Source of the DNA: an uncultured candidate division Zixibacteria bacterium
GTDB lineage: Bacteria > Zixibacteria > MSB-5A5 > GN15 > FEB-12
NCBI GenBank assembly: GCA_963664195.1
Contig: OY760907.1
Location: 2,080,001 to 2,144,000 of the forward strand
Length of the DNA stretch: 64,000 nt
Direction: 5' to 3'
Position numbers and translations under genes: made by a program. Below are positions 30,947-41,116 of the stretch, piece by piece. Position 1 is the stretch's first letter. Every line of letters begins with the position of its first letter. The notes beneath the pieces are model-generated. The model was not told the DNA's origin, searched no databases, and saw only the letters and a program-made list of their open reading frames with translations.

Positions 30947-31025
30947 GGTTCTGCCAATCCCACCATAAACTGTTTGCTGAAAAAGGTACGGTTTTTGAAC
31001 CCGCCGAGGTCCGAACCGGGTTTCT

Positions 31026-31139
31026 GGTAGCCAACCCGGCCACGGGTTGGCTACCGACGGTTTCACCTCAAAAACGCGAGTTTCGATTTCAAACGGGCAC
31101 ACAGGCGTGTGCCGCGCACGACAAGACCTGCGCTACAAG
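31026..31139. repeat. REP-like palindrome cluster between convergent genes
   Basis: GGTAGCCAACCCG-GCCA-CGGGTTGGCTACC (31026-31055), GGCACAC-AGGC-GTGTGCC (31096-31113), and minus-strand GTAGCGCAGGTCT. Confidence 0.65.
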
Positions 31140-31151
31140 AGAGACGTCGGC

Positions 31152-33512
31152 CTACAAACACTGCTCCGTTCTGTGAATGATCTCGTTCTGGAGGTCGATT
31201 CCCAGATCAACGAAGTAATCACTATAACCGGCTACCCGGACGATCAAGTCACGATACCTCTCCGGGTGCTCCTGTGCCTTGCGGAGAGTCGCGACATCAA
31301 CCACATTGAACTGAATATGATGACCGTCCATCTTGAAGTATGACCGCACCAAATGGAGCAGCTTGGTCATGCCCTCGGAGCTCTCCAAGATTTGCGGTGT
31401 GAACTTCTGGTTCAGGAGCGTTCCGCCGGTTCGGAGATGATCGATCTTAGCTGCAGACTTGAGCACGGCCGTCGGCCCGTTTCGGTCGGCGCCCTGAACG
31501 GGGGAGATGCCTTCGGACAGAGGCTCGCGAGCGAGTCGACCGTCGGGCATAGCACCCACCACGCTGCCGAAATAAACGTGGCAAGTCGTCGGCAGCAGAT
31601 TCACGCGGAAGTGTCCGCCCTTGGTGTTCGGGCGACCATCGACACAGGCGAAGTAGCTCTCGAATACGCGGCGAAGGATGTCGTCGGCGTAATCATCGTC
31701 GTTGCCGTATTTCGGCGTGTCATTCAACAGCTTGTCGCGAAGCGCATCAGCGCTCTCAAAGTTGCTACTGAGGGCTGTCAGCATATCAGAAAAAGACAGA
31801 GTCTTGTCGTCGTACACTTGCTTCTGGATAGCCGTCAGGCAGTCGGTCACCGACCCCATGCCGACGCCCTGCACGTATGACGAGTTGTATCGAGCGCCGC
31901 CGTTGTTGTAGTCTTTGCCGGTGGCAATGCAGTCATCAATCAGGATCGACATAAACGGTGCCGGGAGATATTGCGCCCAGAGCCGTTCTATAATCAGATT
32001 GCCCTTGATTTTGATGTCAATGAAGTGTCGAAGTTGTTTGTCGAATGCCGCGTAGAATTCGTCGAACGACTCGAACGTATTAGGATCGCCCGTCTCGATG
32101 CCGATCTGCTTGCCGGTGCGAGGATCGGTCCCGTTGTGCATCGTGATTTCGAGCACTTTGACGAGGTTGAAGTAGCCCGTCAGAATGTAGCTTTCCTTGC
32201 CAAACGCACCGGTCTCGACACAACCGCTGCAACCACCGTTGCGGGCATCCTCGATTGACTTGCCCTGGCGGATCATTTCCTGCACGAGCGAATCGGTGTT
32301 AAACAGGGAGGGCTGCCCGTATCCGGTCTTGATGATCTTGAGTGCCCGTTCAAGTAGTCGGTTCGGGTTTTTCTTGCTGATCTGAACCATGGAGCTTGGC
32401 TGGAGCAGCCGCATTTCCTCGATAACGTCGAGGATCATGTAGCTCAATTCATTTGACGCATCCTCGCCGGTTTCCTTGACTCCTCCAACATTGATCAGAC
32501 AGAAGTCGGTGTAGGTATTGCTCTCCTGGGCGGTGACGCCAACTTTCGGCGGAGCGGGCTGGTTATTGAACTTCACCCAGAACGATCGCAGCAGCTCGCG
32601 CGCGGATTCATCGGTCAGAGTCCCGGCTGCGATCTCTTTCTCGTAGAAGGGGAGGAGGTGCTGATCCAGCCGTCCGGGGTTGAACGAATCCCACGTGTTC
32701 AGTTCCGTAATGACGCCGAGATGTACGAACCAGTAGTACTGCAGCGCCTCTTGGAAGGTCTCCGGGGCATTGGCGGGCACGCGGCGGCAAATGGCGGCCA
32801 TCTGTTCCAATTCGGCTTTTCGATCGGAGTCAGATTCAGATTCTGCCAGCTCGGCTAGCCGATCTGCGTATCTGTTCGCGAACAGGATCAAGGCATTAGC
32901 GGCGATGCCCATTGCTTTGAGTTCTTCACGCTTTGCAAACGCTTCCGGGTCGGAGTAGAAGTCAAGATTCTCGATACTTTCTTGAATGTCAGTTTTGAAC
33001 TCCAGGAAACCTTTGCGATAGATTTTGCCGTCGAGCACGGTGTGCCCCGGGGCGCGTTGTTCCTGGAATTCAGTGAATACACCCGCCTCGTAGGCTGCCT
33101 TCCAGGCATCATCGACTTCTTCGAATATGCGATCTCGCAATGACCGTCCCGACCAAGCGGGAATAATCTTTTCCTGTTGGACACGTCGTGTTTTCTCGTC
33201 AACTCTGAACGAGACTTTCTCGCGATCGTTCAGGATATCAAAATCGCCGAGTGTATGGGTACATATTTCCGGATAGGTCGGAGTTGCTTTGGGAGCTGGA
33301 CCGCGTTCGCCGACAATCAGTTCACCGTCGTTGATGCAGAGCTTTTTGTGTTGGAGTAGATGCTCAAACGCCAGTGCTCGGGCGACCGGAATCGAGACGC
33401 GTTCTGCCTTGCCGGACTGATAGAACTCAGTGAGCAATTCGGCGCGTTCGAGTGAGATGAACGGCTCAGCGTCGAGTGTTTGTTGTCGGAGTTTTGTGAT
33501 CCTGTCGTTCAT
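31152..33512 (-). CDS. hypD: Glycyl radical enzyme, trans-4-hydroxy-L-proline dehydratase
   Basis: RVAGY Gly-radical loop, SGCVE Cys loop, and HypD-type segments FTEF.EQRAPGH, ELNTWD, NQPAPPKVG...ES.TYTDF, LTGY, LPTTCH. Confidence 0.88.
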   Translation of the reverse strand: MNDRITKLRQQTLDAEPFISLERAELLTEFYQSGKAERVSIPVARALAFEHLLQHKKLCINDGELIVGERGPAPKATPTYPEICTHTLGDFDILNDREKVSFRVDEKTRRVQQEKIIPAWSGRSLRDRIFEEVDDAWKAAYEAGVFTEFQEQRAPGHTVLDGKIYRKGFLEFKTDIQESIENLDFYSDPEAFAKREELKAMGIAANALILFANRYADRLAELAESESDSDRKAELEQMAAICRRVPANAPETFQEALQYYWFVHLGVITELNTWDSFNPGRLDQHLLPFYEKEIAAGTLTDESARELLRSFWVKFNNQPAPPKVGVTAQESNTYTDFCLINVGGVKETGEDASNELSYMILDVIEEMRLLQPSSMVQISKKNPNRLLERALKIIKTGYGQPSLFNTDSLVQEMIRQGKSIEDARNGGCSGCVETGAFGKESYILTGYFNLVKVLEITMHNGTDPRTGKQIGIETGDPNTFESFDEFYAAFDKQLRHFIDIKIKGNLIIERLWAQYLPAPFMSILIDDCIATGKDYNNGGARYNSSYVQGVGMGSVTDCLTAIQKQVYDDKTLSFSDMLTALSSNFESADALRDKLLNDTPKYGNDDDYADDILRRVFESYFACVDGRPNTKGGHFRVNLLPTTCHVYFGSVVGAMPDGRLAREPLSEGISPVQGADRNGPTAVLKSAAKIDHLRTGGTLLNQKFTPQILESSEGMTKLLHLVRSYFKMDGHHIQFNVVDVATLRKAQEHPERYRDLIVRVAGYSDYFVDLGIDLQNEIIHRTEQCL

Positions 33513-33518
33513 GTCTGT

Positions 33519-34322
33519 TTAACCCCCAATGTGTACGGTGAAGCCACATTGCGTGAAACGGTTTCCCTTGTCAGTGAGTTCAACATCGGTTTGCGGGCGA
33601 ATGTGCCCCAGTTTGTTGGTCATCCCGAACCGGTGGAGTTTGTCTTCGCCAAACAGGTTGTACGGGAGCAGGCTGACTTCGCAGAAGTAGTCCAGGTCCG
33701 CCAGGTAGCGCGCGATGGCATCGAGGTTTGTGTCTGTGTCGGTGATGCCGGGGATCATCGGGATGCGTATCTGCACGTTCTTCTGCTCTTTCGCCAGCCA
33801 GGCGAGGTTTTCCAGTACAAGATCGTTCGGCACGCCGGTGAATTTCTGGTGTGCCTCGTTGTCCATTAGTTTGAGGTCATACAAATAGAGATCGACCAGG
33901 TCCGCGATGCTCTCCATATCTTCGCGTGGGGCATAGCCGGTAGTATCCAGTGCAGTGTGTATGCCAAGTTCGCGGCAGGCGCGGAGGGAGGCCTCAAGGA
34001 AGTCGATTTGCATCAACGGTTCGCCGCCGGAGAACGTCACCCCGCCGCCGGACTCGTCGAAAAACAACTCGTCTTTCCGTACTTCATTCGCCAGTTCACT
34101 CACGGTGATCTCGCGGCCAACGGTCTCACATCGAGAACCGTCGCCGGTTGCAATCTGAACGAGTTCCGGTTCCGGCTGACGGCTTTCCGGGTTGTGACAC
34201 CACCAGCAGTCGAGCGGGCAGCCTTTCATGAAGACGGTAGTCCGGATGCCGGGGCCGTCATGAAGGGCGTACCGCTTGAGGTCGAAAATCGTCCCGGTAG
34301 TCTGTAGGTATTCGTTGCTCAC
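33519..34322 (-). CDS. Glycyl-radical activating enzyme (radical SAM)
   Basis: HDGPGIRTTVFMKGCPLDCWWCHNPES, GGVTFSGGEP; probable GTG start at 34322. Confidence 0.92.
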   Translation of the reverse strand: MSNEYLQTTGTIFDLKRYALHDGPGIRTTVFMKGCPLDCWWCHNPESRQPEPELVQIATGDGSRCETVGREITVSELANEVRKDELFFDESGGGVTFSGGEPLMQIDFLEASLRACRELGIHTALDTTGYAPREDMESIADLVDLYLYDLKLMDNEAHQKFTGVPNDLVLENLAWLAKEQKNVQIRIPMIPGITDTDTNLDAIARYLADLDYFCEVSLLPYNLFGEDKLHRFGMTNKLGHIRPQTDVELTDKGNRFTQCGFTVHIGG

Positions 34323-34421
34323 GAAGGCAAGATATTGCCAAGGCGAGAACACGCAAGGCAAAACCGCTGTCGCTAGGTGCCTTACTGGAGGAGCCTTGAA
34401 TTGACGTGTCTGTTCAAACTG

Positions 34422-34844
34422 CTATCGACCGAAGGTCAGAAAGGCAAACAACAATCCGCCGAGAATCATGACGCAAACACCAATGATGATGGCAATAGTG
34501 GTGCCGCTTCCGTCGCCACTCATTCGTGTGCGGTAGGGGTCGATTGTCACCAGATGGTCGTTGCTGCGTCGTTCCACGCGTCTCTTGAACCTTATCCGGC
34601 TGTTATCGAACTTCTCGACCATTTCCCAGCCTGCCTGGGCTTCCTCCTGGCAGAGTTGTTGAAGGACCTCACGGTTCTTGAACTTCTGCATTGCCGAGCG
34701 GACTATCTTGAATTCCCAGCCGTCGAGATCCTCTTTGTTATATCCGGTCATGTTTTCTTCCTCCTGCCGCATTTGTTCTGCTGCCGCCGCTGCGGCTGCA
34801 GTCGTCGCAACGGTAGTTGCGGCAAAAATCGCTGGATTGGACAT
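34422..34844 (-). CDS. Hypothetical protein with Ala-rich N-terminus and C-terminal TM anchor
   Basis: AAGGAGG RBS; TTAAAAAAA; GWEFKIVR/GWEMVEK internal echo; hydrophobic C-terminus. Confidence 0.7.
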   Translation of the reverse strand: MSNPAIFAATTVATTAAAAAAAEQMRQEEENMTGYNKEDLDGWEFKIVRSAMQKFKNREVLQQLCQEEAQAGWEMVEKFDNSRIRFKRRVERRSNDHLVTIDPYRTRMSGDGSGTTIAIIIGVCVMILGGLLFAFLTFGR

Positions 34845-35016
34845 AGCGCCTCCTTCTTTTCCAATATACTCGGTTCGGCACCGATTGATTCAAAGAAATC
34901 GTACAGTTGTGGGTGTCTTGCGGCAGGTATTGAGAACTGAATTGATGAAGAAATCAGGACGAAAAGCCGATCATTTATAGTAGGCAAGGGCACGGAACAC
35001 GTTAGGGAGCTGGCAC

Positions 35017-35439
35017 ATGATTCTCGAAAATCTTGTCCTGGAATACGACCACGATACTAACATTCTCACGATCACGGGTCTCGACAAGGTCCATATTGTC
35101 ACGAGCGATCAGCTTGAGGCTCTCTATGATATGATAGAGTACTGTCTGGAGACTCAGTGTGCCGAGAAGCGCGGTTATGCCCTGGTCGACATGTCAAAGC
35201 TTACGATCGACTATGAGCTGGTGGAAGACTATGCGATTCACCACCAGAGCTCATTCTATCGCTGGGTGTATCCGGAGGGGATCGCGCGCTATGGATACGC
35301 TATCACGCGTCTGACTATCGCCGATGGCTATCGTCGAGTGGGAGAGGAAACGCCTCACTTCTTTCCGACCCGGGATGAAGCCGTCGCATACCTGCGGGAT
35401 CTTCGCCAACGCCAACGCTCCGAGAGCGTGCAAGTCTGA
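35017..35439 (+). CDS. Hypothetical protein
   Basis: GGGAG RBS; globular composition; F.TRDEA.AYL end reminiscent of STAS/SpoIIAA-like folds. Confidence 0.65.
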   Translation: MILENLVLEYDHDTNILTITGLDKVHIVTSDQLEALYDMIEYCLETQCAEKRGYALVDMSKLTIDYELVEDYAIHHQSSFYRWVYPEGIARYGYAITRLTIADGYRRVGEETPHFFPTRDEAVAYLRDLRQRQRSESVQV

Positions 35440-35485
35440 AGCGTTCTCCGGCTCTCTCACTTCAGAGACCAAGGTCAGTCCGGCG

Positions 35486-35833
35486 TCAATAGGCCCCCCG
35501 ATTGGGGACGATGCAGATGAACTCGAACGGTTCGTCGTACGGGTTCGTGAACTGATGCAGTGTATTCGGCGGAACGTATGCGAAGTCACCGGCCTGAATC
35601 GCAAAGGTTTCGTCGCCAATCATCAGCCTGCCCTTGCCCTTGATTATGTGATTGACGTGTTCCCAGTCATGTTGGTGTTTCGGCGTGTTGCCGCCCGGTC
35701 CCATACGAAAAACGCGCAGCGTGTTATCGTCCCAGCCTTCGGTCGGACCTATTACATTGGCACGGGTGACGTCCTTGACGCCGTCCATGGCAACGGTTTC
35801 CATTTTCATGTCAGAGTGTTTCACTACCGGCAT
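35486..35833 (-). CDS. Cupin-domain protein
   Basis: PGG.TPKHQHDWEH, GD.AYVPPN.LHQF.N; GGAGG RBS before ATG 35833. Confidence 0.9.
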   Translation of the reverse strand: MPVVKHSDMKMETVAMDGVKDVTRANVIGPTEGWDDNTLRVFRMGPGGNTPKHQHDWEHVNHIIKGKGRLMIGDETFAIQAGDFAYVPPNTLHQFTNPYDEPFEFICIVPNRGAY

Positions 35834-35929
35834 TGTAACCTCCGTTGGTTGAACCGGCAATATACGCAGAATCGCGTCAGGGTGAAATGTCAAAGCGCGG
35901 AAGAATGTCAGGATTCTAAGATCGATCGG

Positions 35930-38404
35930 TCAGGCAGTCTTCGCCGGATTGCCACCGGCCTGGAGCTGTCCCATGATTTCGTCGAGACTTGGCAGACCAC
36001 TGAAACACGTTGTGGCGGCATCAAACACCGGCTCCAATTGGTATTCCCGTTCGCGGATGTTAACCACCACGTAGGGGAGAGATGCCGCCTGACACAGATC
36101 AGCGAGCTTCAGCAGTTCGATTTTGCCGACAAACTTGGCATCGCAGAGCACAAGGTCTGTCTTCTTCAGAGTATTGGTGGTTACCCTCGCGACGCTGTCG
36201 ATACAGTCTACGGCTGCCGCAAATCCTGCTTGCCCGAGGAAGTGATTTCGCACTGAGTCATTACCTGAGAATACGAGGATTTTCAACGATAACCCGTCGC
36301 TGAGTTCAATCGAGGATTCCCGTCTGGCGGCATCGACGAGTGGAAGCGTCAGTGTGAAAGTAGATCCCTGCCCCCTAATGGATTCGACCGTGAGGTCGCC
36401 TTTGTGCTCGCGAGCGATATTACGGCAGATGGCCAGGCCCATGCCGGTCCCTGCCACGTCTTCCTTGCCCCACACTCCCTTGGTGGAGAAGAACGGATCG
36501 AATATCCGCGTGAGAATCTTTTCCGGAATTCCTGCGCCGGTATCGCCGATTCTCAGTTTGGCAAAACCGTTTTCGTGCGTGAGAACGACAACGATCACTC
36601 CGTTTCCGGTGACGGCGTGTATGGCGTTTTCCAGCAGATTTATCAGTAACTGCTGGATGGCACTGGCAGAGGCCTGTACCAATGGTATTTCATCGATATT
36701 GGTGACAACCTGAATCTGTCTATCCTGCAGTTCTTTGCCAACCAGAGTGAGCGTCTTCCTCAGAATCTGAGCTAGACTTTCCATGTTGGCTGATTTGGAG
36801 CTCGGTTGGGAATAGGTCAGCAGCGACATTGCCACTTCGTTGGCCTGTTCGGAAAGCTCGACTACCTGTTCGAGGGCGATTCTGGCCGATTCTACTCCGG
36901 AAGGTCCGTCGATGTCTTCCAGGGCCAGCGAGGCGTTCCCCATTATGCCGGCGAGGTAGTTCTTGAACTCGTGTGCCACACCGGCCGCCAGCGTGCCCAC
37001 TGCCGCCATCTTGTCCGACTCGGCCAGCTTTCTCTGCACGAGGTGTTCTTTCGTGATGTCTTCGCTGATGATGATGAAGTTATCCACTTCATTCTCGTCA
37101 TTCTTCACCGGGGAAATAACGCATCGTTCCCAGATTGTCTCGTCATTGGCCTGTTTGTGCCGAACCTGCTCGCTCCAGGTTTGTCCTGCCGTGATGGTCT
37201 GCCACACGTCGTGGTGGAAGCATTCCTCATGCACGGAAGGATCAAGGACATGCGGCACTCTGCCAAGGGCCTCTTCGACAGATATATCGTTCACCTGACA
37301 CCATTTCGGATTGACGTACTCAATAGCGCCATCTCTGTCAGTGATGCAGATCATTGATGCAGACTGCTCGGCAGACAGCATCAGCTTCTTCAATTCTCGT
37401 TCGGCAGCCTTGCGTTCGGCAACCTCGTTCTCAAGGCTTTTCTTTTGCCGGAAGAATCGTGAGATCAGACGGGAGAGGCGACCGAATTCGGTTCGCTGCT
37501 CTTCAAGCTCTATCAGATGATCGACATTGCCGGTTGTAAGGGCTTTCGATATTCTGGCAAGGGGACGGCTAATCCAGAGATACAACGCCAGAAACAGCAG
37601 TATTAGCAGAGTCGCCGCAAAAGCGTGCGCTCGTTTCTTACCCAGACTCAGGATACGCGTGGTTTCGTTGAGAGCGTGTGCTTCGCCGTCGCCGTGAATT
37701 ATGGCCACAGGTGTTCCATCCCAGGCCGGGAGTGTGTCCACTAGACGGATCGTTTTCGGGCTGTCGTCAGCCGTCGCCGTCGCAGACTGATAAGGGAGGG
37801 TTGACAGCGACAGATCCGCGTCGAGAACGCGGCCGAATTCTTTCAGCGTCTCGTCGGTCCAGAGACGAGCCACAAAGAGGAAACCATGCTCCGGCGAGGT
37901 GCGCTCGTCTCCTCCAAGGGACTGAATAGGAGCGCCATAGATTTCGAGAAGTCCCATATCGGTTTTCGCGAAGAAATTCGGGAAGAAGCCGTTACGGAAT
38001 AGCGTCGTCTTGTCCGCCGAAGAGAACGGCAGTTCGAGCACGGGATGTCCTTCGAGATTGTGCGCGGTATGCACGAGGGACAGATCGGTGCGGCAGACCC
38101 ATGCCGCAGAAGCGTCGAATGTGCGGAGACCCGTCTCGATATTGTCTTTGGCCCATACCGAATCACCATTGGACACGAAAGTGACCATCTCGTCCCACCA
38201 CGAGTAGTCGTCAGCGAGGACCTTCAGCGAACTGCCCCGTACTTCTATGAGCTCTTGAAGCTTTTTGGATCCATCGTGGGAGAGTTTAGTGATGACTTCG
38301 CCGACTTGCGCGGATTCATTCTGTCCCCAGAAGTAGAGCCCCCCGAGAAAGCCTACAGCTACGGTCAGAATCAAGATGACAAGCCTGGTGTGGACAGTAA
38401 ACAT
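35930..38404 (-). CDS. Membrane sensor histidine kinase (CHASE4-like, PAS, HisKA, HATPase, degenerate receiver-like C-terminus)
   Basis: DYSWWDEM, IEYVNP, AHEFKN, NLLENA, DTGAGI, FDPFFSTK, GTGMGL. Confidence 0.9.
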   Translation of the reverse strand: MFTVHTRLVILILTVAVGFLGGLYFWGQNESAQVGEVITKLSHDGSKKLQELIEVRGSSLKVLADDYSWWDEMVTFVSNGDSVWAKDNIETGLRTFDASAAWVCRTDLSLVHTAHNLEGHPVLELPFSSADKTTLFRNGFFPNFFAKTDMGLLEIYGAPIQSLGGDERTSPEHGFLFVARLWTDETLKEFGRVLDADLSLSTLPYQSATATADDSPKTIRLVDTLPAWDGTPVAIIHGDGEAHALNETTRILSLGKKRAHAFAATLLILLFLALYLWISRPLARISKALTTGNVDHLIELEEQRTEFGRLSRLISRFFRQKKSLENEVAERKAAERELKKLMLSAEQSASMICITDRDGAIEYVNPKWCQVNDISVEEALGRVPHVLDPSVHEECFHHDVWQTITAGQTWSEQVRHKQANDETIWERCVISPVKNDENEVDNFIIISEDITKEHLVQRKLAESDKMAAVGTLAAGVAHEFKNYLAGIMGNASLALEDIDGPSGVESARIALEQVVELSEQANEVAMSLLTYSQPSSKSANMESLAQILRKTLTLVGKELQDRQIQVVTNIDEIPLVQASASAIQQLLINLLENAIHAVTGNGVIVVVLTHENGFAKLRIGDTGAGIPEKILTRIFDPFFSTKGVWGKEDVAGTGMGLAICRNIAREHKGDLTVESIRGQGSTFTLTLPLVDAARRESSIELSDGLSLKILVFSGNDSVRNHFLGQAGFAAAVDCIDSVARVTTNTLKKTDLVLCDAKFVGKIELLKLADLCQAASLPYVVVNIREREYQLEPVFDAATTCFSGLPSLDEIMGQLQAGGNPAKTA

Positions 38405-38627
38405 GCAATTATTTCTTTGTGCAGCCGTAATACGGCCGCGGGCCCCTCTTTATCGTACTTCATCTGGTGCTTTCCTTGGAAGGTTCAGCGCGGGGAAGTA
38501 CGGCTTCTTCCTATTTTCGTCAAATCGCGAGCTTTCTTGATGGGATTCCGCCAGGAATGGTCAGACTGTTCATATTTCGGATCGTGTTGCTCAGAGCGGG
38601 AAGAGGGCGATTTTGGACAAAGAAAAA

Positions 38628-38701
38628 TACGCCCAGGAGGAGTCGAACCCCCAACCTTCTGATCCGTAGTCAGACGCTCCATGCAATTGAGCTATGGGCG
38701 T
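38628..38701 (-). tRNA. tRNA-Arg(ACG)
   Basis: ACGCCCA/TGGGCGT acceptor stem, TCTGA-CTACGGA-TCAGA anticodon arm, GGGGG-TTCGACT-CCTCC T arm; CCA not encoded. Confidence 0.9.
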
Positions 38702-38822
38702 ATTGACAATATGTTACAGGCCCCGATAGTGCGACAGCAACCGCAAAATTGTCAATAGTTTTGATGTGACCTTGATTTGATCGGAATAGAACTTCAACGC
38801 TCAACAAGAGGACCGCAGTGCT

Positions 38823-39821
38823 TCAGTCCGTCTGACACCAGATAATCAACACCGCCACAATAATAAAGATGGCAAAAATGCCTATGAGAAGCATAGTATT
38901 GCCACCTTTTTCTGGTTTGTCTGCGGACTCGGATTCCACGGCTGCATCATACTCAGCCAGTTTCTTGAGCCAGCCGTCCTCGGCTTTGAGTGTCCGTTCC
39001 GATTCGGCTGCCTGCGTAAAAACTTCTATCTCGGGAAGGGGAGTTTCATCGACTTCAACAATCGCTATTGCGAGGACTGTCACGTTGTCGGCGCCTCCTC
39101 GGTCGTTGGCCATTTGTACGAGGTCGGTCGTCATCTGCTTGAGATTATTGCGAGATTTCGAGGCGACATTGAATATCTCGTCGTCATCGGCAAACCCGCA
39201 GAGGCCGTCCGAGCAGAGAATGAAAACATCGCCGGGGACCGCATTTACCACTCTGCAATCAACCTCGACAGTTTCTCTGACGCCCAGCGCTCTCGTTATG
39301 ACGTTTTTGCCGACCACCGAACTGGCTTCTTCCGCCGACAGATTCTGGCTCTCCTGAATCTCCGCCACCCAGGAATGGTCTTTGGTGAGTGGTGTGAGTT
39401 CTTTTTCTCCGAGTCTGTAGGCCCGGCTGTCACCGACATGCGCGACTGACATGATGTCCGCCTCAATCGCTATCGAGACAATTGTCGTGCCCATACCGGA
39501 CAGTTCGGGGTCCAACAAAGCGGCGTTGAAAATGGCTCTGTTGGCCAGTCTGATAGACTTGACCAGCAACTCGCCGTTGGGGGGGAGGGTCTTCCCCAGG
39601 CCAAGTTCAGGGTCGTCCAGCAACGGTTTTCTGAAATGCGTGAAGGCGTTGAGGATAGTCTCTGAGGCGGTCATTGAGGCTACCTCGCCCGCTTGATGTC
39701 CACCCATGCCGTCGCAGACCGCATAGACGTGATTATTCTCATCAAGGTGGAGATAGTCTTCGTTGCCCGCCCTTACGAGTCCCTTGTCAGTCTTCCCGAC
39801 GGCTTTAACTACAAGTGGCAC
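38823..39821 (-). CDS. PP2C-family Ser/Thr protein phosphatase with C-terminal TM
   Basis: TDKGLVR..NED, VCDGMGG, GMGTT, HVGDSRAY, LCSDGL, GGADNVT; probable GTG start at 39821. Confidence 0.92.
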   Translation of the reverse strand: MPLVVKAVGKTDKGLVRAGNEDYLHLDENNHVYAVCDGMGGHQAGEVASMTASETILNAFTHFRKPLLDDPELGLGKTLPPNGELLVKSIRLANRAIFNAALLDPELSGMGTTIVSIAIEADIMSVAHVGDSRAYRLGEKELTPLTKDHSWVAEIQESQNLSAEEASSVVGKNVITRALGVRETVEVDCRVVNAVPGDVFILCSDGLCGFADDDEIFNVASKSRNNLKQMTTDLVQMANDRGGADNVTVLAIAIVEVDETPLPEIEVFTQAAESERTLKAEDGWLKKLAEYDAAVESESADKPEKGGNTMLLIGIFAIFIIVAVLIIWCQTD

Positions 39822-39927
39822 AATTGCTAACCGAGTTTGAGGTGTGCTGCCGACATTCAGGGACGTTTTCTGTCCTACAATCCCTATGCCATTTGTCAAT
39901 ATCGGTCTGCTTCAAAGACAGCACAAC

Positions 39928-39962
39928 AAAAAAAGACCCCGACGAATGCCGAGGTCTTTTTT
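39928..39962. terminator. Intrinsic terminator of the surface-protein operon
   Basis: A7-GACC...GGTC-T6 hairpin just downstream of the 39986 stop. Confidence 0.7.
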
Positions 39963-39985
39963 GGTGGTGATAAAGAGAAATGAGA

Positions 39986-41041
39986 CTATTTCAAAAGAAT
40001 CATCTTTTTGCTTTGCGACTGCATGTCTGTCGACAGGCGGTAGAAGTACACACCTGAAGTCAGCCGTGTCCCGTCGAATTCAAACGACTGCGGTCCAGCC
40101 GACAGCGATCCGAGATTCATGTGGTCCACCCGCTGGCCGAGTACGTTGAAAATATCAACTTCGACCGCCGAACGAGACGATAGCTCGAATGCGATAACCG
40201 TGGTCGGGTTGAACGGGTTCGGGTAGTTCTGGTAGAGGGCAAATGCGCCCGGAAGCAGACTGAACGGATCGTCAACATCGGTGATAGTCTTGATAACCTG
40301 AACGTCGCCGGTAACCGTCACCGTCGTATCTAGGTGAGAGAAGACGGCAAACGTGACCGTGTTCACTGTGTCAGCACCCCAGAGAGAGGAGCGGACCGAG
40401 AAGTTGACAGAGACCGTTTCACCCGGCGCAGCATACACTGCGGTATCCGGTTCGAGGGCCTCCCACTGATTCAGCGTATCTGAACCGCCCGGGAGGGTCA
40501 TACTCAGGTTGACGCCGTAGAAATCAAGGCCGTCGCCGTCGTTGCGGACCTGAACGGTAATTTCCACCGTGTCACCCGGAGCTACCGCCTGTGCGTTCGG
40601 CAGCGCCATCGCCGTCATGGCGATCGTCTGGGTCACGGTGAGCTGGATGTTTCTGTCGGTAACTTGATTCACCCACAGCGGGTCTCCGGTCACGATGGTG
40701 GCGTCGACACCGTTGATCTTGAAAGAGACTGAGTCGCCCGACACCGCCCCTTCATCGAGTCCATCCGTTTCAGGGTCATCGCCATACACAAACATGTCAC
40801 CGTATGCACCCGGCCCGGGCGATGTCGCTACAGTATCAATGCCGCAAAGTATTCCCTGGGGATCGTACGCGGTCACAATCGTACCGACAGGCAGTAGCTC
40901 ACCGTTCACTGTGCTCGAAAAAGTCGCGTCACGCACAACCATGAATTGCGGGTTGGGATGTATCACCTGTGCGGCACTGGTGCCCGCCAGAATCATCGTC
41001 AGGGCCAGAGCAAGTATCAGTTTCAAAATCGTTGCTTTCAC
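39986..41041 (-). CDS. Secreted Ig-like protein with T9SS/FlgD-like C-terminal sorting domain
   Basis: Signal peptide from GTG 41041; LYQNYPNPFNP...SGVYFYRL...KKMILLK. Confidence 0.85.
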   Translation of the reverse strand: MKATILKLILALALTMILAGTSAAQVIHPNPQFMVVRDATFSSTVNGELLPVGTIVTAYDPQGILCGIDTVATSPGPGAYGDMFVYGDDPETDGLDEGAVSGDSVSFKINGVDATIVTGDPLWVNQVTDRNIQLTVTQTIAMTAMALPNAQAVAPGDTVEITVQVRNDGDGLDFYGVNLSMTLPGGSDTLNQWEALEPDTAVYAAPGETVSVNFSVRSSLWGADTVNTVTFAVFSHLDTTVTVTGDVQVIKTITDVDDPFSLLPGAFALYQNYPNPFNPTTVIAFELSSRSAVEVDIFNVLGQRVDHMNLGSLSAGPQSFEFDGTRLTSGVYFYRLSTDMQSQSKKMILLK

Positions 41042-41116
41042 TAAGTCACCACCTTGCAAGGTGACCGACCAATTACGGTCGGCCACCAGCTTATTTCAAG
41101 TCTGAAGTCGTCTCTA

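Noticed and set aside
31152..33512. Pyruvate formate-lyase or choline TMA-lyase
   Set aside because: No adjacent Cys-Cys pair as in PFL; the active-site segments match HypD rather than CutC.
38405..38822. Genomic island integrated at tRNA-Arg
   Set aside because: No integrase nearby, and I did not notice a duplicated tRNA 3' end.
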